From: a bacterium
Lineage (GTDB): Bacteria > Bacillota_I > Bacilli_A > RF39 > UBA660
Direction of reading: 5' to 3'
Length of the DNA: 64,000 bases
NCBI GenBank assembly: GCA_963645945.1
Contig: CAVIUA010000024.1
Coordinates: 8,394 to 72,393, forward strand
In this document: piece after piece, positions 19,478-28,921 of the stretch
Numbering within the stretch: the first letter of the stretch is position 1
Layout: every line of letters begins with the position of its first letter
Notes under the pieces: generated by a model
The model's database searches: none
What the model was told of the DNA's origin: nothing
Seen by the model: the letters and a program-made list of their open reading frames with translations, nothing else
Made by a program: the position numbers and the translations under genes

Positions 19478-21040
19478 ATGAAATTATTTAATAAAGCAGA
19501 AAAAAAAGAAGTTTCTAATCAAGCACCAGCATCAGCTAATCAAGCCCCAACTTCTTCTGTTTCAAATAATACAGTTCAACAGCCAGCAGTAGCAACAACA
19601 CCAAGTCAGCCAAGTCAAAGTATTAATGCAACAGCAACGCCTAGTGTAATGTCCCAAGATAAAATTATGCCTCTTGTACAGGAAAATCAAAATAGTAAAC
19701 CAGCACCAAGCACTAGCAATAATAAAGCACAATTACCTAAATCAAATGCGAATCAAGCCACTACTACTGGTACTGCCAAACCAGGAGAAAAACAAGATGC
19801 AAATACAACTGATGAAAATCGTCCTAAAAGAAAATTAAAAGGTTACAGCTACGTAGTAATCAATTCAGTAAATAAAAAAGAAAAAGGATTTTTCGATGCC
19901 GAGTCAGAAGATGAAGTAAGGGCATTCTTAGAAGGCCAAGATTATCAAGTCCTAGAAGTAAAACCAAAATCAGCTATGGATATTGATATTACTGGAACAC
20001 CTAAATTAAAACCCGAAGATTTATCATTTACCTTGACACAGTTATCTACATATATAAAGTCTGGTATCCCTTTAGTTGACTCAGTCAGAATTCTAGCAAA
20101 ACAAGCCAAAAAACCAGCTCATAAAAAAATATATGGGCAAGTAGTTTATGAATTATTAAAAGGAGAAAGCTTTTCAATAGCTCTTGCTAATCAAGGAAAA
20201 GTCTTCCCACCATTATTAATAAACATGGTAAAAACATCTGAAATGACTGGTGACTTACCATCAATACTAGATGATATGGCCGAATATTATACATCTATGA
20301 ATCAAACAAGAAAACAAATGAAGAGTGCTATGACATATCCAATTGTTGTATTAACTATTGCCTTGGCCGTATTAGTCTTCATGTTAGTCTATCTTGTTCC
20401 ACAGTTTGCCAGTATGTTTGAGTCAAATGACGCTAAATTGCCAACTATTACACTAGTTGTATTAGGAATAAGTGACTTTATTCAAAATTACTATTTATAC
20501 CTAATTGGTGGATTTGTTGTAGTAATATTTATATTTAAATACTTACTTTCCCATGTACAGTCATTCAAATTAGCAGTGCAAACATTTCTTATGCATATGC
20601 CAGTACTTAGTAAAATAATTATCTATAATGAAATTGCTAACTTCACTAAGACATTTGCCTCATTATTAAATCATGGTGTATTCATAACAGATAGTATGGA
20701 AATATTATCTAAAATAACAGACAATGAAGTGTTCAAAAAAATAATTAATAAAACACTTGAAAATCTATCAAAAGGAGAACCTGTTTCAGCAGCCTTCCGT
20801 GGCGAATGGGCTATCCCTGTAGTTGCCTATGAAATGATAGTAACTGGTGAGAACACTGGACAATTAGGCCTAATGATGGAAAAAGTTTCTAACCATTTCC
20901 AAGCTATGCATAAAACAATAATTGATCAAATGAAAAGTTTAATGGAACCATTAATGATTGTTTTCTTAGCTGGAATTGTTGGTGTTATCTTACTTTCAAT
21001 TGTTACACCAATGTTTAGTATATATTCACAAATCGAGTAA
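19478..21040 (+). CDS. Type IV pilus / competence pseudopilus platform protein (GspF/PilC/ComGB family) with a low-complexity N-terminal extension of about 115 aa
   Basis: There are two T2SSF-type repeats (LSTYIKSGIPLVDSVRIL...MVKTSEMTGDL and FASLLNHGVFITDSMEIL...MIVTGENTGQL) and three TM segments. The usual PilC N-domain is YSYVVINSVNKKEKGFFDAESEDEVRAFLEGQDYQVLEV. It is preceded by a Q/P/S/T/N/A-rich tract. Confidence 0.85.
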   Translation: MKLFNKAEKKEVSNQAPASANQAPTSSVSNNTVQQPAVATTPSQPSQSINATATPSVMSQDKIMPLVQENQNSKPAPSTSNNKAQLPKSNANQATTTGTAKPGEKQDANTTDENRPKRKLKGYSYVVINSVNKKEKGFFDAESEDEVRAFLEGQDYQVLEVKPKSAMDIDITGTPKLKPEDLSFTLTQLSTYIKSGIPLVDSVRILAKQAKKPAHKKIYGQVVYELLKGESFSIALANQGKVFPPLLINMVKTSEMTGDLPSILDDMAEYYTSMNQTRKQMKSAMTYPIVVLTIALAVLVFMLVYLVPQFASMFESNDAKLPTITLVVLGISDFIQNYYLYLIGGFVVVIFIFKYLLSHVQSFKLAVQTFLMHMPVLSKIIIYNEIANFTKTFASLLNHGVFITDSMEILSKITDNEVFKKIINKTLENLSKGEPVSAAFRGEWAIPVVAYEMIVTGENTGQLGLMMEKVSNHFQAMHKTIIDQMKSLMEPLMIVFLAGIVGVILLSIVTPMFSIYSQIE

Positions 21041-21059
21041 TAATAAGGAGGATAATTAT

Positions 21060-21824
21060 ATGGAAATACTATATTTAATTATCTTTTTTATTTTAGGAAG
21101 TATTGTCGGTACAATTTCCACAATTTTAGGATTACGTATACCAAAGAAAGAAAAAATATTAGGAAATAAACTACACTGTGACTCTTGTAGTCATGAACTA
21201 ACTCGAAAAGAAACAGTTCCCTTATTTTCATACATAATTCAACAAGGAAGGTGCCGTCACTGTCATTCTAAAATAGATGTTTTATATCCATATATGGAAT
21301 TTTTCACAGGACTATTATTTTCTGTTTCATATTATAGTTTTGGCTTTAGTTACGAATTATTAATAGCCCTAGGAATTGTGACATTATTAATGATTGTCAC
21401 AGTTAGCGATTTAACATATTTAATAATACCAGATGAAGTCTTAATTTTCTTTAGTATTTATTTTCTAATAATTCAATTTCTAAACTCAGGATTAAAAGAA
21501 ACATTAATTCATTTTGCAACTGGTATACTACTTTTTTCAGTAATGTATTTAATTATGTTTATTGGAAATAAAGCTTTAAAAAAAGAAAGTCTTGGTGGAG
21601 GAGACATTAAAATGATGTTCTTATTTGGCTTAGTACTAGATCCTTTATTAGGAACAATTAGTATTTTTTTAGGCAGTCTTTTTGCTTTACCAATGTCTCT
21701 TCTTTTGATGAAAACGAATAATGAAAAAGTCATACCTTTTGGTCCTTTCTTACTAATAGCTTTTACATTTATATATTTTACTAAGATGACTTCTTTAGAT
21801 GTCTTAAAATTCTTAGGATTTTAG
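21060..21824 (+). CDS. Prepilin peptidase (A24 family, PilD/ComC)
   Basis: The zinc-ribbon-like motif is CDSCSHEL...CRHCHSKI. The protein is polytopic with catalytic-region motifs IPDE and GGGDIKMM. ATG 21060 sits behind an AAGGAGG RBS. The ORF-track start 20976 overlaps pilC. Confidence 0.85.
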   Translation: MEILYLIIFFILGSIVGTISTILGLRIPKKEKILGNKLHCDSCSHELTRKETVPLFSYIIQQGRCRHCHSKIDVLYPYMEFFTGLLFSVSYYSFGFSYELLIALGIVTLLMIVTVSDLTYLIIPDEVLIFFSIYFLIIQFLNSGLKETLIHFATGILLFSVMYLIMFIGNKALKKESLGGGDIKMMFLFGLVLDPLLGTISIFLGSLFALPMSLLLMKTNNEKVIPFGPFLLIAFTFIYFTKMTSLDVLKFLGF

Positions 21825-21846
21825 AAAGTTAAACTTTCTTTTTTTA
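21823..21846 (+). terminator. Rho-independent terminator after the prepilin peptidase gene
   Basis: agaaagt-taa-actttct followed by T7. Confidence 0.65.
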
Positions 21847-21880
21847 TTTATTTATTGTACTATATATCTAGGTGATAACT

Positions 21881-23200
21881 ATGCATAGTACTATAACAAT
21901 TTTACCTGCTGATACTTATACAGTAGTTAATAAAACTGTTTTATCAGAAAATGATCATAAACTAATAACGATGTTGTATCAACCAGTAATTGGTCATACC
22001 GCAACATCACTATATTTTACTTTAATAGACGACCTAGATAAATTAGAAGTAATGAGTGATGACTTAACTCATCATCATCTTATGGCAACAATGCAATTAA
22101 AACTAGAAGATATAGTTATCGCAAGAGAAAAACTTGAAGCTATCGGTCTTTTAAAAAGTTACTTGAAAAAGGGAAGCATTAATCATTATGTTTATTTAAT
22201 ATATTCGCCAGTATCAGCACATGACTTTTTTACACATCCTATTTTAAATGTTGTCTTATATAATAATTTAGGAAAAAAAGAATATGAAAAGTTACTAAAT
22301 TATTATAAAACTCCAAAAGTAAGTCTTAAAGATTATGAAGATATAACAAGTAATTTTGATGATGTATTTACATCGGTAAAAGGTAATATATTAGATATGT
22401 CAGAAGAAGTAGATATTACTAAAAAAGATTCAAATAATATTTTAATAAATAAAGGAATAGATTTTAACTTACTTATATCAAGTATTCCAGATAATATAGT
22501 TACTGATAAAACATTTACTAAAGATATTAAAGAATTAATAAATGCCTTAAGTTTTACATATAACTTAAATACTCTAGATATAAAAGGTTTAGTATGTGAT
22601 TCAATCAATGAAAAAGGTCTAATTGATAAAACACGTCTTCGTAAAGCTTGTAGAGATTATTATCAATTTGAATCAGCAGGTTCTCTTCCAACCTTAATAT
22701 ATAATAAACAGCCAGATTACTTAAAAAAGCCTAAAGGTGATAATTCCAAAAGAGCTAAAATGATTTATACCTTTGAAAATATAAATCCATATCAGTTGTT
22801 AAAGGCTAAATATAAAGGCGCAGAGCCAACAGATAGAGATAAAAGATTAATAGAAAGTCTTTTAGTAGATCAAAAACTAAATCCAGGAGTTGTAAATGTA
22901 TTAATATCTTATGTATTAAAAACAAATAATCAGCAACTAAAGAAAAGCTATGTTGAAACAATAGCTGGTCAATGGAAAAGATTAAATATTGAAACAGTAG
23001 AAGATGCCATGGATATTACAGAAAAGGAACATAAGAAATTAAAGAAGTTATTTAATAAAAACTTAGAAAAACCAAAAACAAAAACTGAAAAGTCAGTTAA
23101 AGAAGAATTACCAGCTTGGTTTAATAAAAAACTAGATAAAGAAGAAGCAAGTGAAGAAGATATTAAAGAAATGGATGATATTCTATCAGGACTTGTCTAA
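21881..23200 (+). CDS. dnaB: Replication initiation and membrane attachment protein, B. subtilis DnaB type (DnaD-domain helicase co-loader, not the replicative helicase)
   Basis: The N-terminus ADTYTVVNKTVLSENDHKLITMLYQPVIGHTATSLYFTL parallels B. subtilis DnaB (..DPYVV.S...L...D.Q.ITQLYQPLIG..A.SLY.TL). The C-terminal DnaD-like segment is YVETIAGQWKRLNIETVEDAM. ATG 21881 sits behind an AGGTGA RBS. Confidence 0.8.
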   Translation: MHSTITILPADTYTVVNKTVLSENDHKLITMLYQPVIGHTATSLYFTLIDDLDKLEVMSDDLTHHHLMATMQLKLEDIVIAREKLEAIGLLKSYLKKGSINHYVYLIYSPVSAHDFFTHPILNVVLYNNLGKKEYEKLLNYYKTPKVSLKDYEDITSNFDDVFTSVKGNILDMSEEVDITKKDSNNILINKGIDFNLLISSIPDNIVTDKTFTKDIKELINALSFTYNLNTLDIKGLVCDSINEKGLIDKTRLRKACRDYYQFESAGSLPTLIYNKQPDYLKKPKGDNSKRAKMIYTFENINPYQLLKAKYKGAEPTDRDKRLIESLLVDQKLNPGVVNVLISYVLKTNNQQLKKSYVETIAGQWKRLNIETVEDAMDITEKEHKKLKKLFNKNLEKPKTKTEKSVKEELPAWFNKKLDKEEASEEDIKEMDDILSGLV

Positions 23201-23352
23201 AAAAAATAATAATGGTATAATACCTAAAGCAGTTCTGATATGTAAAAAAATGTCAAAATATTAAACCTAAATATCTAAACATTTTATAGAAGAAGTGACT
23301 TGTGTTATTATAAAGAAGTAAACATAAGAATAGAATAATAAGAGGTTATAAA

Positions 23353-23841
23353 ATGAATAGGTATCAAAATAAAGAATTTAGAGACATTATAAATCATATC
23401 AATAATAATGAAGAGTTCCTCAAATTAAAAAATATAAAACATCATGGTATAACTAGATATGAACATTCAATGAGAGTAGCCTATTATTCATATAAAGTCA
23501 CAAAATTATTACACCTAGATTACAAAGAAACAACAGAAGCTGCATTACTACATGATTTTTTTCAAGAAGAAGTTTCTGATAAGAACTTTGTAGCCAGACT
23601 AAGAAAGCATCCTAAATGTGCTTTAAAAAACGCTACTGATAACTTTGAATTAAGTGAAAAACAAATGGATATTATAAAAAGCCATATGTTTCCAATTACA
23701 TTTACACCACCAAAGTATTTAGAAAGTTGGATAGTTGATGCAGTCGATGATATATCCGCTATACAAGAACGTGGAATAGTAATAAAACAGCATGCAAAAG
23801 TAGTAGGAACATTTTTGTTAATATTATTAATTAATCATTAA
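23353..23841 (+). CDS. HD-domain phosphohydrolase with a C-terminal hydrophobic tail
   Basis: Motifs are HHGITRYEHSMRVA and ALLHDFF. Confidence 0.7.
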   Translation: MNRYQNKEFRDIINHINNNEEFLKLKNIKHHGITRYEHSMRVAYYSYKVTKLLHLDYKETTEAALLHDFFQEEVSDKNFVARLRKHPKCALKNATDNFELSEKQMDIIKSHMFPITFTPPKYLESWIVDAVDDISAIQERGIVIKQHAKVVGTFLLILLINH

Positions 23842-23848
23842 GTTAATG

Positions 23849-23868
23849 AAGGGAACAATCCCTTTTTT
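23849..23868 (+). terminator. Rho-independent terminator after the HD gene
   Basis: aaggga-acaa-tccctt followed by T6. Confidence 0.65.
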
Positions 23869-23894
23869 AAATAAAAAGGAAAGAAGGAATAAAT

Positions 23895-25514
23895 ATGCAA
23901 AAAACATATATCTTTGGTCATAAGAAACCAGACTCAGATTCTGTAATGTCTGCTATAGGTTTATCATATTTAAAAAATAGCTTAGGAGAAAACACAGAAC
24001 CTAGAATTTTAGGGGACATAAATAAAGAAACAAAATATGCTTTAAAATACTTTAATATTAAAACACCAGAATACTTAAATGATGTAAAATTACAATTAAA
24101 AGATATTGATTATCATAAGAATTTCTTTATTAAGGAAACAGACTCTATTTATACTGGATATCAAAAAATGCTAGAAAAGAGCTTAACTGGTATTCCAATA
24201 GTAGATGACAAAAATTATTTTACAGGACTAATTACTATTAAAGATTTATCTCATGTAATTATTAATGAAAATACTGATGATTTATATACATCATATACAA
24301 ACTTATTAAACGTTTTAAAAGCAAGTGAAGTCTTAAAGTTTGATGATGAAATTATAGCAAAACTACTAGTAGCGGCATATCGTAGTACCACATTTATGGA
24401 AACAGTAAAACTTGATTCGGATATGGCTCTAATTGTAGGTGATAGACATAGTATTATTGAATACGCTGTTAGATCTAAAGTAAAATTACTTATATTGTCA
24501 GGTGACGCTAGAATTAAAGATGAACATTTAGAAATAGCTCGTCAAAATAAAGTAAATATAATTAGGACACCATATACTACATATCATATAACTAAATTAG
24601 TGACATTAGCTAATTACATTAAAACAATGCTTAGATGTACATCACCAATGAAATTCGAAGTAACTGAATTTGTAGATAATGTTAATGATATAAATAATAA
24701 GTTAAAGCATACAAATTACCCAATAGTTGATCGTCGTAATAAATGCTTAGGTTTATTAAAAATAACTGATTTATCAGAAAAACATCCTAAGAAAGTAATA
24801 TTAGTTGATCATAATGAAAAATTGCAAAGTGTTGAAGGTCTTGAAGAAGCTGAAATACAAGAAATAATTGATCATCATAACTTAGGTAGTATCACAACAA
24901 ATAGTCCAATTAATTTTAGAAATATGGCCGTTGGTTCAACTTGTACAATCGTATATTTATTATATAAAGAAAAAAAGGTTGAAATACCTGTACATATTGC
25001 TGGAGCATTACTATCAGGAATCCTATCTGACACACTAATTTTAAAGAGTCCAACCGCAACAGATAAAGATGTAGAAGCAGTTGAATATTTATCAAAAGTT
25101 GCTGGTGTAAACTATAAAGAATATGGAATGGACTTATTAAAAGCTGGCACTTCATTAGAAGGTATGAGTAAAGAAGATGTTTTATATAATGACTTTAAAC
25201 TTTATACCGTTGGCGAAAAGAAGTTTGCCATCGGCCAATTCTTTACTATGAATTTTGATGAAATAGAAAAAGATATGGAAGAATATTTACATGTATTAGA
25301 TGAAGTAAGTGAAGCAAATAATTATGATTTAGTTGCTTTATATGTAACTGATATTATAAAAAATGGTAGTTATGTATTATTTAATAATAGAGGTGCAGAT
25401 GTAATCGCACTTGCTTATACAAAAGATAAAATTCCAGAAGGATACTTCGTACCAGGATGTGTTTCACGTAAAAAACACGTTGTACCAATAATCATGCCAA
25501 TATTTGAAAATTAG
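23895..25514 (+). CDS. ppaC: CBS-domain-containing family II (DHH/DHHA2) manganese-dependent inorganic pyrophosphatase
   Basis: The DHH N-terminus is YIFGHKKPDSDSVMSA. A CBS/DRTGG-type segment of about 250 aa is inserted. Other motifs are VDHNE, DHHNLG and the DHHA2 tail. Confidence 0.85.
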   Translation: MQKTYIFGHKKPDSDSVMSAIGLSYLKNSLGENTEPRILGDINKETKYALKYFNIKTPEYLNDVKLQLKDIDYHKNFFIKETDSIYTGYQKMLEKSLTGIPIVDDKNYFTGLITIKDLSHVIINENTDDLYTSYTNLLNVLKASEVLKFDDEIIAKLLVAAYRSTTFMETVKLDSDMALIVGDRHSIIEYAVRSKVKLLILSGDARIKDEHLEIARQNKVNIIRTPYTTYHITKLVTLANYIKTMLRCTSPMKFEVTEFVDNVNDINNKLKHTNYPIVDRRNKCLGLLKITDLSEKHPKKVILVDHNEKLQSVEGLEEAEIQEIIDHHNLGSITTNSPINFRNMAVGSTCTIVYLLYKEKKVEIPVHIAGALLSGILSDTLILKSPTATDKDVEAVEYLSKVAGVNYKEYGMDLLKAGTSLEGMSKEDVLYNDFKLYTVGEKKFAIGQFFTMNFDEIEKDMEEYLHVLDEVSEANNYDLVALYVTDIIKNGSYVLFNNRGADVIALAYTKDKIPEGYFVPGCVSRKKHVVPIIMPIFEN

Positions 25515-25525
25515 GAGAGAAACAT

Positions 25526-26341
25526 ATGGATTTTATATCAATAATTATTTTAGGATTTGTTCAGGGAATTGCGGAGTTTTTACCAATATCTTCATCAGCA
25601 CATTTAATAATCTTTAGGGATTTATTTGGAATAGGTGCTGGAATGGATGCCCATCTTGCTTTAACATTTGACTTAGCACTTCATTTTGGTACACTTCTAG
25701 CTATAGGAATATACTTTTTTAAAGACTTTATTAATATGATTAGTAAAGGTTTTACTAAAGGTGTAAAAGATGATGAAGGAAAAATCTTATGGTATCTAGT
25801 AGCCGCAACAGTACCAGCTGCCATTGCTGGAGTGTTGTTTGAAGATGTCATTGAAAGCGCTATTAGAAATAACTATATCATCATAGCCTTAGCACTTGCT
25901 ATCATGGGTATCATAATCTATTGTGCTGATAAATATTCAAACAATAAAAAGACTATAAAAAAAATGACTATTAAAGATGCTATAATTATTGGCTGTAGTC
26001 AAGTTCTAGCTTTAATTCCAGGCTTTTCAAGATCTGGAACAACAATCGCAACAGGTAGAGTCCTAGGTCTAAATAGAGAAGATGCTGCAAAGTTCTCTTT
26101 CTATTTAAGTGCTCCTGTCGTAGCTGGTGCCTTAGTTTTACAATTATTTAAAAAGGCAACTTGGACAGTTATAGCAGGAAATATTGGAACATTTATTTTA
26201 GGAATCTTAATATCATTTATAGTAGGATTATTATGTATTAAATACTTATTAAAATACTTACATAATCATAACTTTAAAATATTTATGATATATCGACTAA
26301 TCTTAGCTCTAATAGTATTAATAATGATAGGAGTTGCATAA
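25526..26341 (+). CDS. uppP: Undecaprenyl-diphosphate phosphatase
   Basis: Motifs are GFVQGIAEFLPISSSAHLII and PGFSRSGTTIA. Confidence 0.9.
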   Translation: MDFISIIILGFVQGIAEFLPISSSAHLIIFRDLFGIGAGMDAHLALTFDLALHFGTLLAIGIYFFKDFINMISKGFTKGVKDDEGKILWYLVAATVPAAIAGVLFEDVIESAIRNNYIIIALALAIMGIIIYCADKYSNNKKTIKKMTIKDAIIIGCSQVLALIPGFSRSGTTIATGRVLGLNREDAAKFSFYLSAPVVAGALVLQLFKKATWTVIAGNIGTFILGILISFIVGLLCIKYLLKYLHNHNFKIFMIYRLILALIVLIMIGVA

Positions 26342-26342
26342 T

Positions 26343-27095
26343 ATGGATAAAGTTAAATTAGGATTACTAACAACACTATTATTAGGAATATTTATTTTAA
26401 TAGGAGCAATTCTTGCTTTTCTAGTAAAGAAAAAAGAAAAAGTAGTAGACTTTTCTCTAGGTTTAGCTCTAGGTGTAATTGCTATGTTAATAGTAACAGA
26501 CCTTTTACCAGAAATAATTGAAAATTTAGGTGTAAAATATATCTTTATATTTATAATTTGTACGGCTTTAGGTTATGGAATGTTAAAATTACTTGATAAA
26601 TTTATTCCAGACCATGAAGATAGTTCTATGACTAAAAAAGAAAGAAAAGATAATTTAATTCATATAGGTGTTATAACTTCTCTTGCTTTAGTATTACACA
26701 ATGTAATAGAAGGAATGGCAGTATATTCAACTTTTCTTACTGAAACTAATATTGGTTTAGCTCTAACATTAGGAATAGGTTTTCATAACATTCCATTAGG
26801 AATGGTTATAGCAGCTACATTCTATCAAAGTAATGATAATATTTGGAAAACTTTAAGTATTATAGGACTTGTATCACTATCAACATTCTTAGGTGGCTTA
26901 ATTATGTTCTTCCTAAACTTAACAACGATTTCACCAGTGATATTAGGTATCTTATTATCAATTACTTTAGGTATGCTTCTATTTATTGTCCTTGGTGAAT
27001 TAATTCCTAGACTAAAAGAAGCAACTGATAAAAAAACTAGTTACGTAGGTTTAGCAATAGGTGTAATTATTTTATTAGTATCACAATTAATATAA
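26343..27095 (+). CDS. ZIP-family divalent metal transporter (ZupT-like)
   Basis: The protein is polytopic with HNVIEGMAV and GFHNIPLGM motifs. ATG 26343 follows AGGAG. The ORF-track start 26334 is a TTG overlapping uppP. Confidence 0.7.
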   Translation: MDKVKLGLLTTLLLGIFILIGAILAFLVKKKEKVVDFSLGLALGVIAMLIVTDLLPEIIENLGVKYIFIFIICTALGYGMLKLLDKFIPDHEDSSMTKKERKDNLIHIGVITSLALVLHNVIEGMAVYSTFLTETNIGLALTLGIGFHNIPLGMVIAATFYQSNDNIWKTLSIIGLVSLSTFLGGLIMFFLNLTTISPVILGILLSITLGMLLFIVLGELIPRLKEATDKKTSYVGLAIGVIILLVSQLI

Positions 27096-27105
27096 GAGGT
27101 GTAAT

Positions 27106-27831
27106 ATGGAGTATAATTATTATAATTTATTTTTACTATTCTTTATCTATTCCTTTATAGGATACATTGTAGAGTCAACATCGGTAAGTTTAGCAGAAAA
27201 AAAGATTGTTTTAAATAGAGGTTTTCTAGTAGGACCATATATACCAATTTTTGGCTACGGTGCAATGTCAATGATTTCAACTCTTCAAAAATATAAAGGT
27301 GATATCATAGCTTTATTCATAATGAGTATGACTGTTTGCCTAACAATTGAATATTTATGTAGTTTAATTGCTGAAAAGATATTCCATTTACGCTGGTGGG
27401 ACTACTCTGACAAAAAGTTTAATATTAACGGAAGAATATGTCTTCAAAATGGAGTACTATTCGGTCTAGCTGGTGTCCTAGTTGTAGAATATCTAAATCC
27501 TTGGCTAGAAAATTTAATATTATTATTACCTAATAATCTTATGGTAACAATAAGTATCATTTTATCAATAATCTTCTATGCCGACACTATAGTATCAGGA
27601 ACTACAGTTATAAAATTTAATAAAAGTTTCAAAAGATATGGTGAAGACAATACAAATGAAGTAAAAAGTAAAATAATAGAAGAGTTACATAACAACTTCC
27701 TAACAAAACGTTTGATAAATGCCTTCCCATATGCTAAAGATAGAAGAGCAAAATTTGAAGAATTAAGAAAAGAATTTATTACGAAAGCTAAAGAGATTAG
27801 AAGAATGAGACAAGAACAAAGACAAAAGTAG
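27106..27831 (+). CDS. Membrane protein of the putative ABC-transporter type IV / CmpB-like family
   Basis: Motifs are FFIYSFIGYIVES...NRGFLVGPYIPIFGYGA...WWDYS. Confidence 0.55.
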   Translation: MEYNYYNLFLLFFIYSFIGYIVESTSVSLAEKKIVLNRGFLVGPYIPIFGYGAMSMISTLQKYKGDIIALFIMSMTVCLTIEYLCSLIAEKIFHLRWWDYSDKKFNINGRICLQNGVLFGLAGVLVVEYLNPWLENLILLLPNNLMVTISIILSIIFYADTIVSGTTVIKFNKSFKRYGEDNTNEVKSKIIEELHNNFLTKRLINAFPYAKDRRAKFEELRKEFITKAKEIRRMRQEQRQK

Positions 27832-27853
27832 TTATTTTTAGTAACTACTTTTT
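27827..27853 (+). terminator. Rho-independent terminator
   Basis: agtagtta-tttttag-taactact forms an 8-bp stem followed by T5. It overlaps the stop codon. Confidence 0.65.
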
Positions 27854-27917
27854 CTATTGACAAAAACTAAAATCTAAATGAAAATATATTCAGGAAAAAA
27901 ATTAAGGAGAAGATTTA

Positions 27918-28595
27918 ATGAAAGATGAATACTATAAAGCCTATGAAGAAAGGTATAAAAAAGTCCATGAATCTAATAATCTATGGGAAATACCTAAACC
28001 AACACCCGAAGTTCTTAATACCATAAATAAATATAAAATTTCTAAAAGTAGTAAAATATTAGAACTAGGTTCTGGAGAAGGAAGAGACACTATATTTTTA
28101 CTTGATAAAGGTTATAATGTCCTAGCTTTAGAATATTCAATAAGTGCTGTAAATAAATGTAAGGAATTAACTAATAATAAATATCCAGATAATTTTAAAC
28201 AATTTGACTTAATGCAAGATACCCTATCAGGAGAGTATGATTTTATCTATTCAGTAGCTGTAATTCATATGTTTGTAGAAGAAAAACATCGTAAAAATTT
28301 TTATGACTTCATCCATGAACATCTAAGTAACGCTGGAAAAGCTTTGATTATCGCTATGGGTAATGGTAAAGATGAGTATAAATCAGATATCAATATGGCC
28401 TTCAATGAAGTTGAAAGAACAAACATGAATATTAATGAAAGAGTAACCGTTGCTTCAACTTCATGTAGAATAAAGTCCATTCCAAATATGCTTAAAGAAA
28501 TAGAAAATAGTAATCTAAAAGTTATTGAAAACAAAATAATTGAAGATGTTCCTGGCTTTGATAAATGTTGTTGCTTCATAGTAGAAAAAAATTAA
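27918..28595 (+). CDS. Class I SAM-dependent methyltransferase
   Basis: Motif I is ILELGSGEGRD. Acidic residues follow the beta-2 and beta-4 strands (LALEYS, FDFIYSV). Confidence 0.7.
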   Translation: MKDEYYKAYEERYKKVHESNNLWEIPKPTPEVLNTINKYKISKSSKILELGSGEGRDTIFLLDKGYNVLALEYSISAVNKCKELTNNKYPDNFKQFDLMQDTLSGEYDFIYSVAVIHMFVEEKHRKNFYDFIHEHLSNAGKALIIAMGNGKDEYKSDINMAFNEVERTNMNINERVTVASTSCRIKSIPNMLKEIENSNLKVIENKIIEDVPGFDKCCCFIVEKN

Positions 28596-28630
28596 AATAT
28601 TAAGTATAATTAGATTTAGGAGTGGAGAGT

Positions 28631-28867
28631 ATGAATTTAGAAGAAGAAATCAAAAAGATCAAAGAAAGAAATAAAAGAGTAGAACTAGATAAATCTTTGG
28701 AAACAAGTTGGACTAGAAAAATATGTATTATGATATTAACTTATATTGTTGTTGTATTATATTCTCTAGCTATTAACACCGTAAATAATATATTTTTATC
28801 CTCACTAGTTCCCGTAATTGGTTTTACTTTATCTACTTTATCATTAAAAGAAGTAAGAAAAGTATGA
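28631..28867 (+). CDS. Small two-TM membrane protein
   Basis: An AGGAGTGG RBS precedes ATG 28631. Hydrophobic segments are ICIMILTYIVVVLYSLAI and IFLSSLVPVIGFTLSTL. Confidence 0.45.
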   Translation: MNLEEEIKKIKERNKRVELDKSLETSWTRKICIMILTYIVVVLYSLAINTVNNIFLSSLVPVIGFTLSTLSLKEVRKV

Positions 28868-28921
28868 GAAAAGGCCAATAAGTAGTATCAAAACATTAAA
28901 CAATAAATAAGGAGTTATGAT

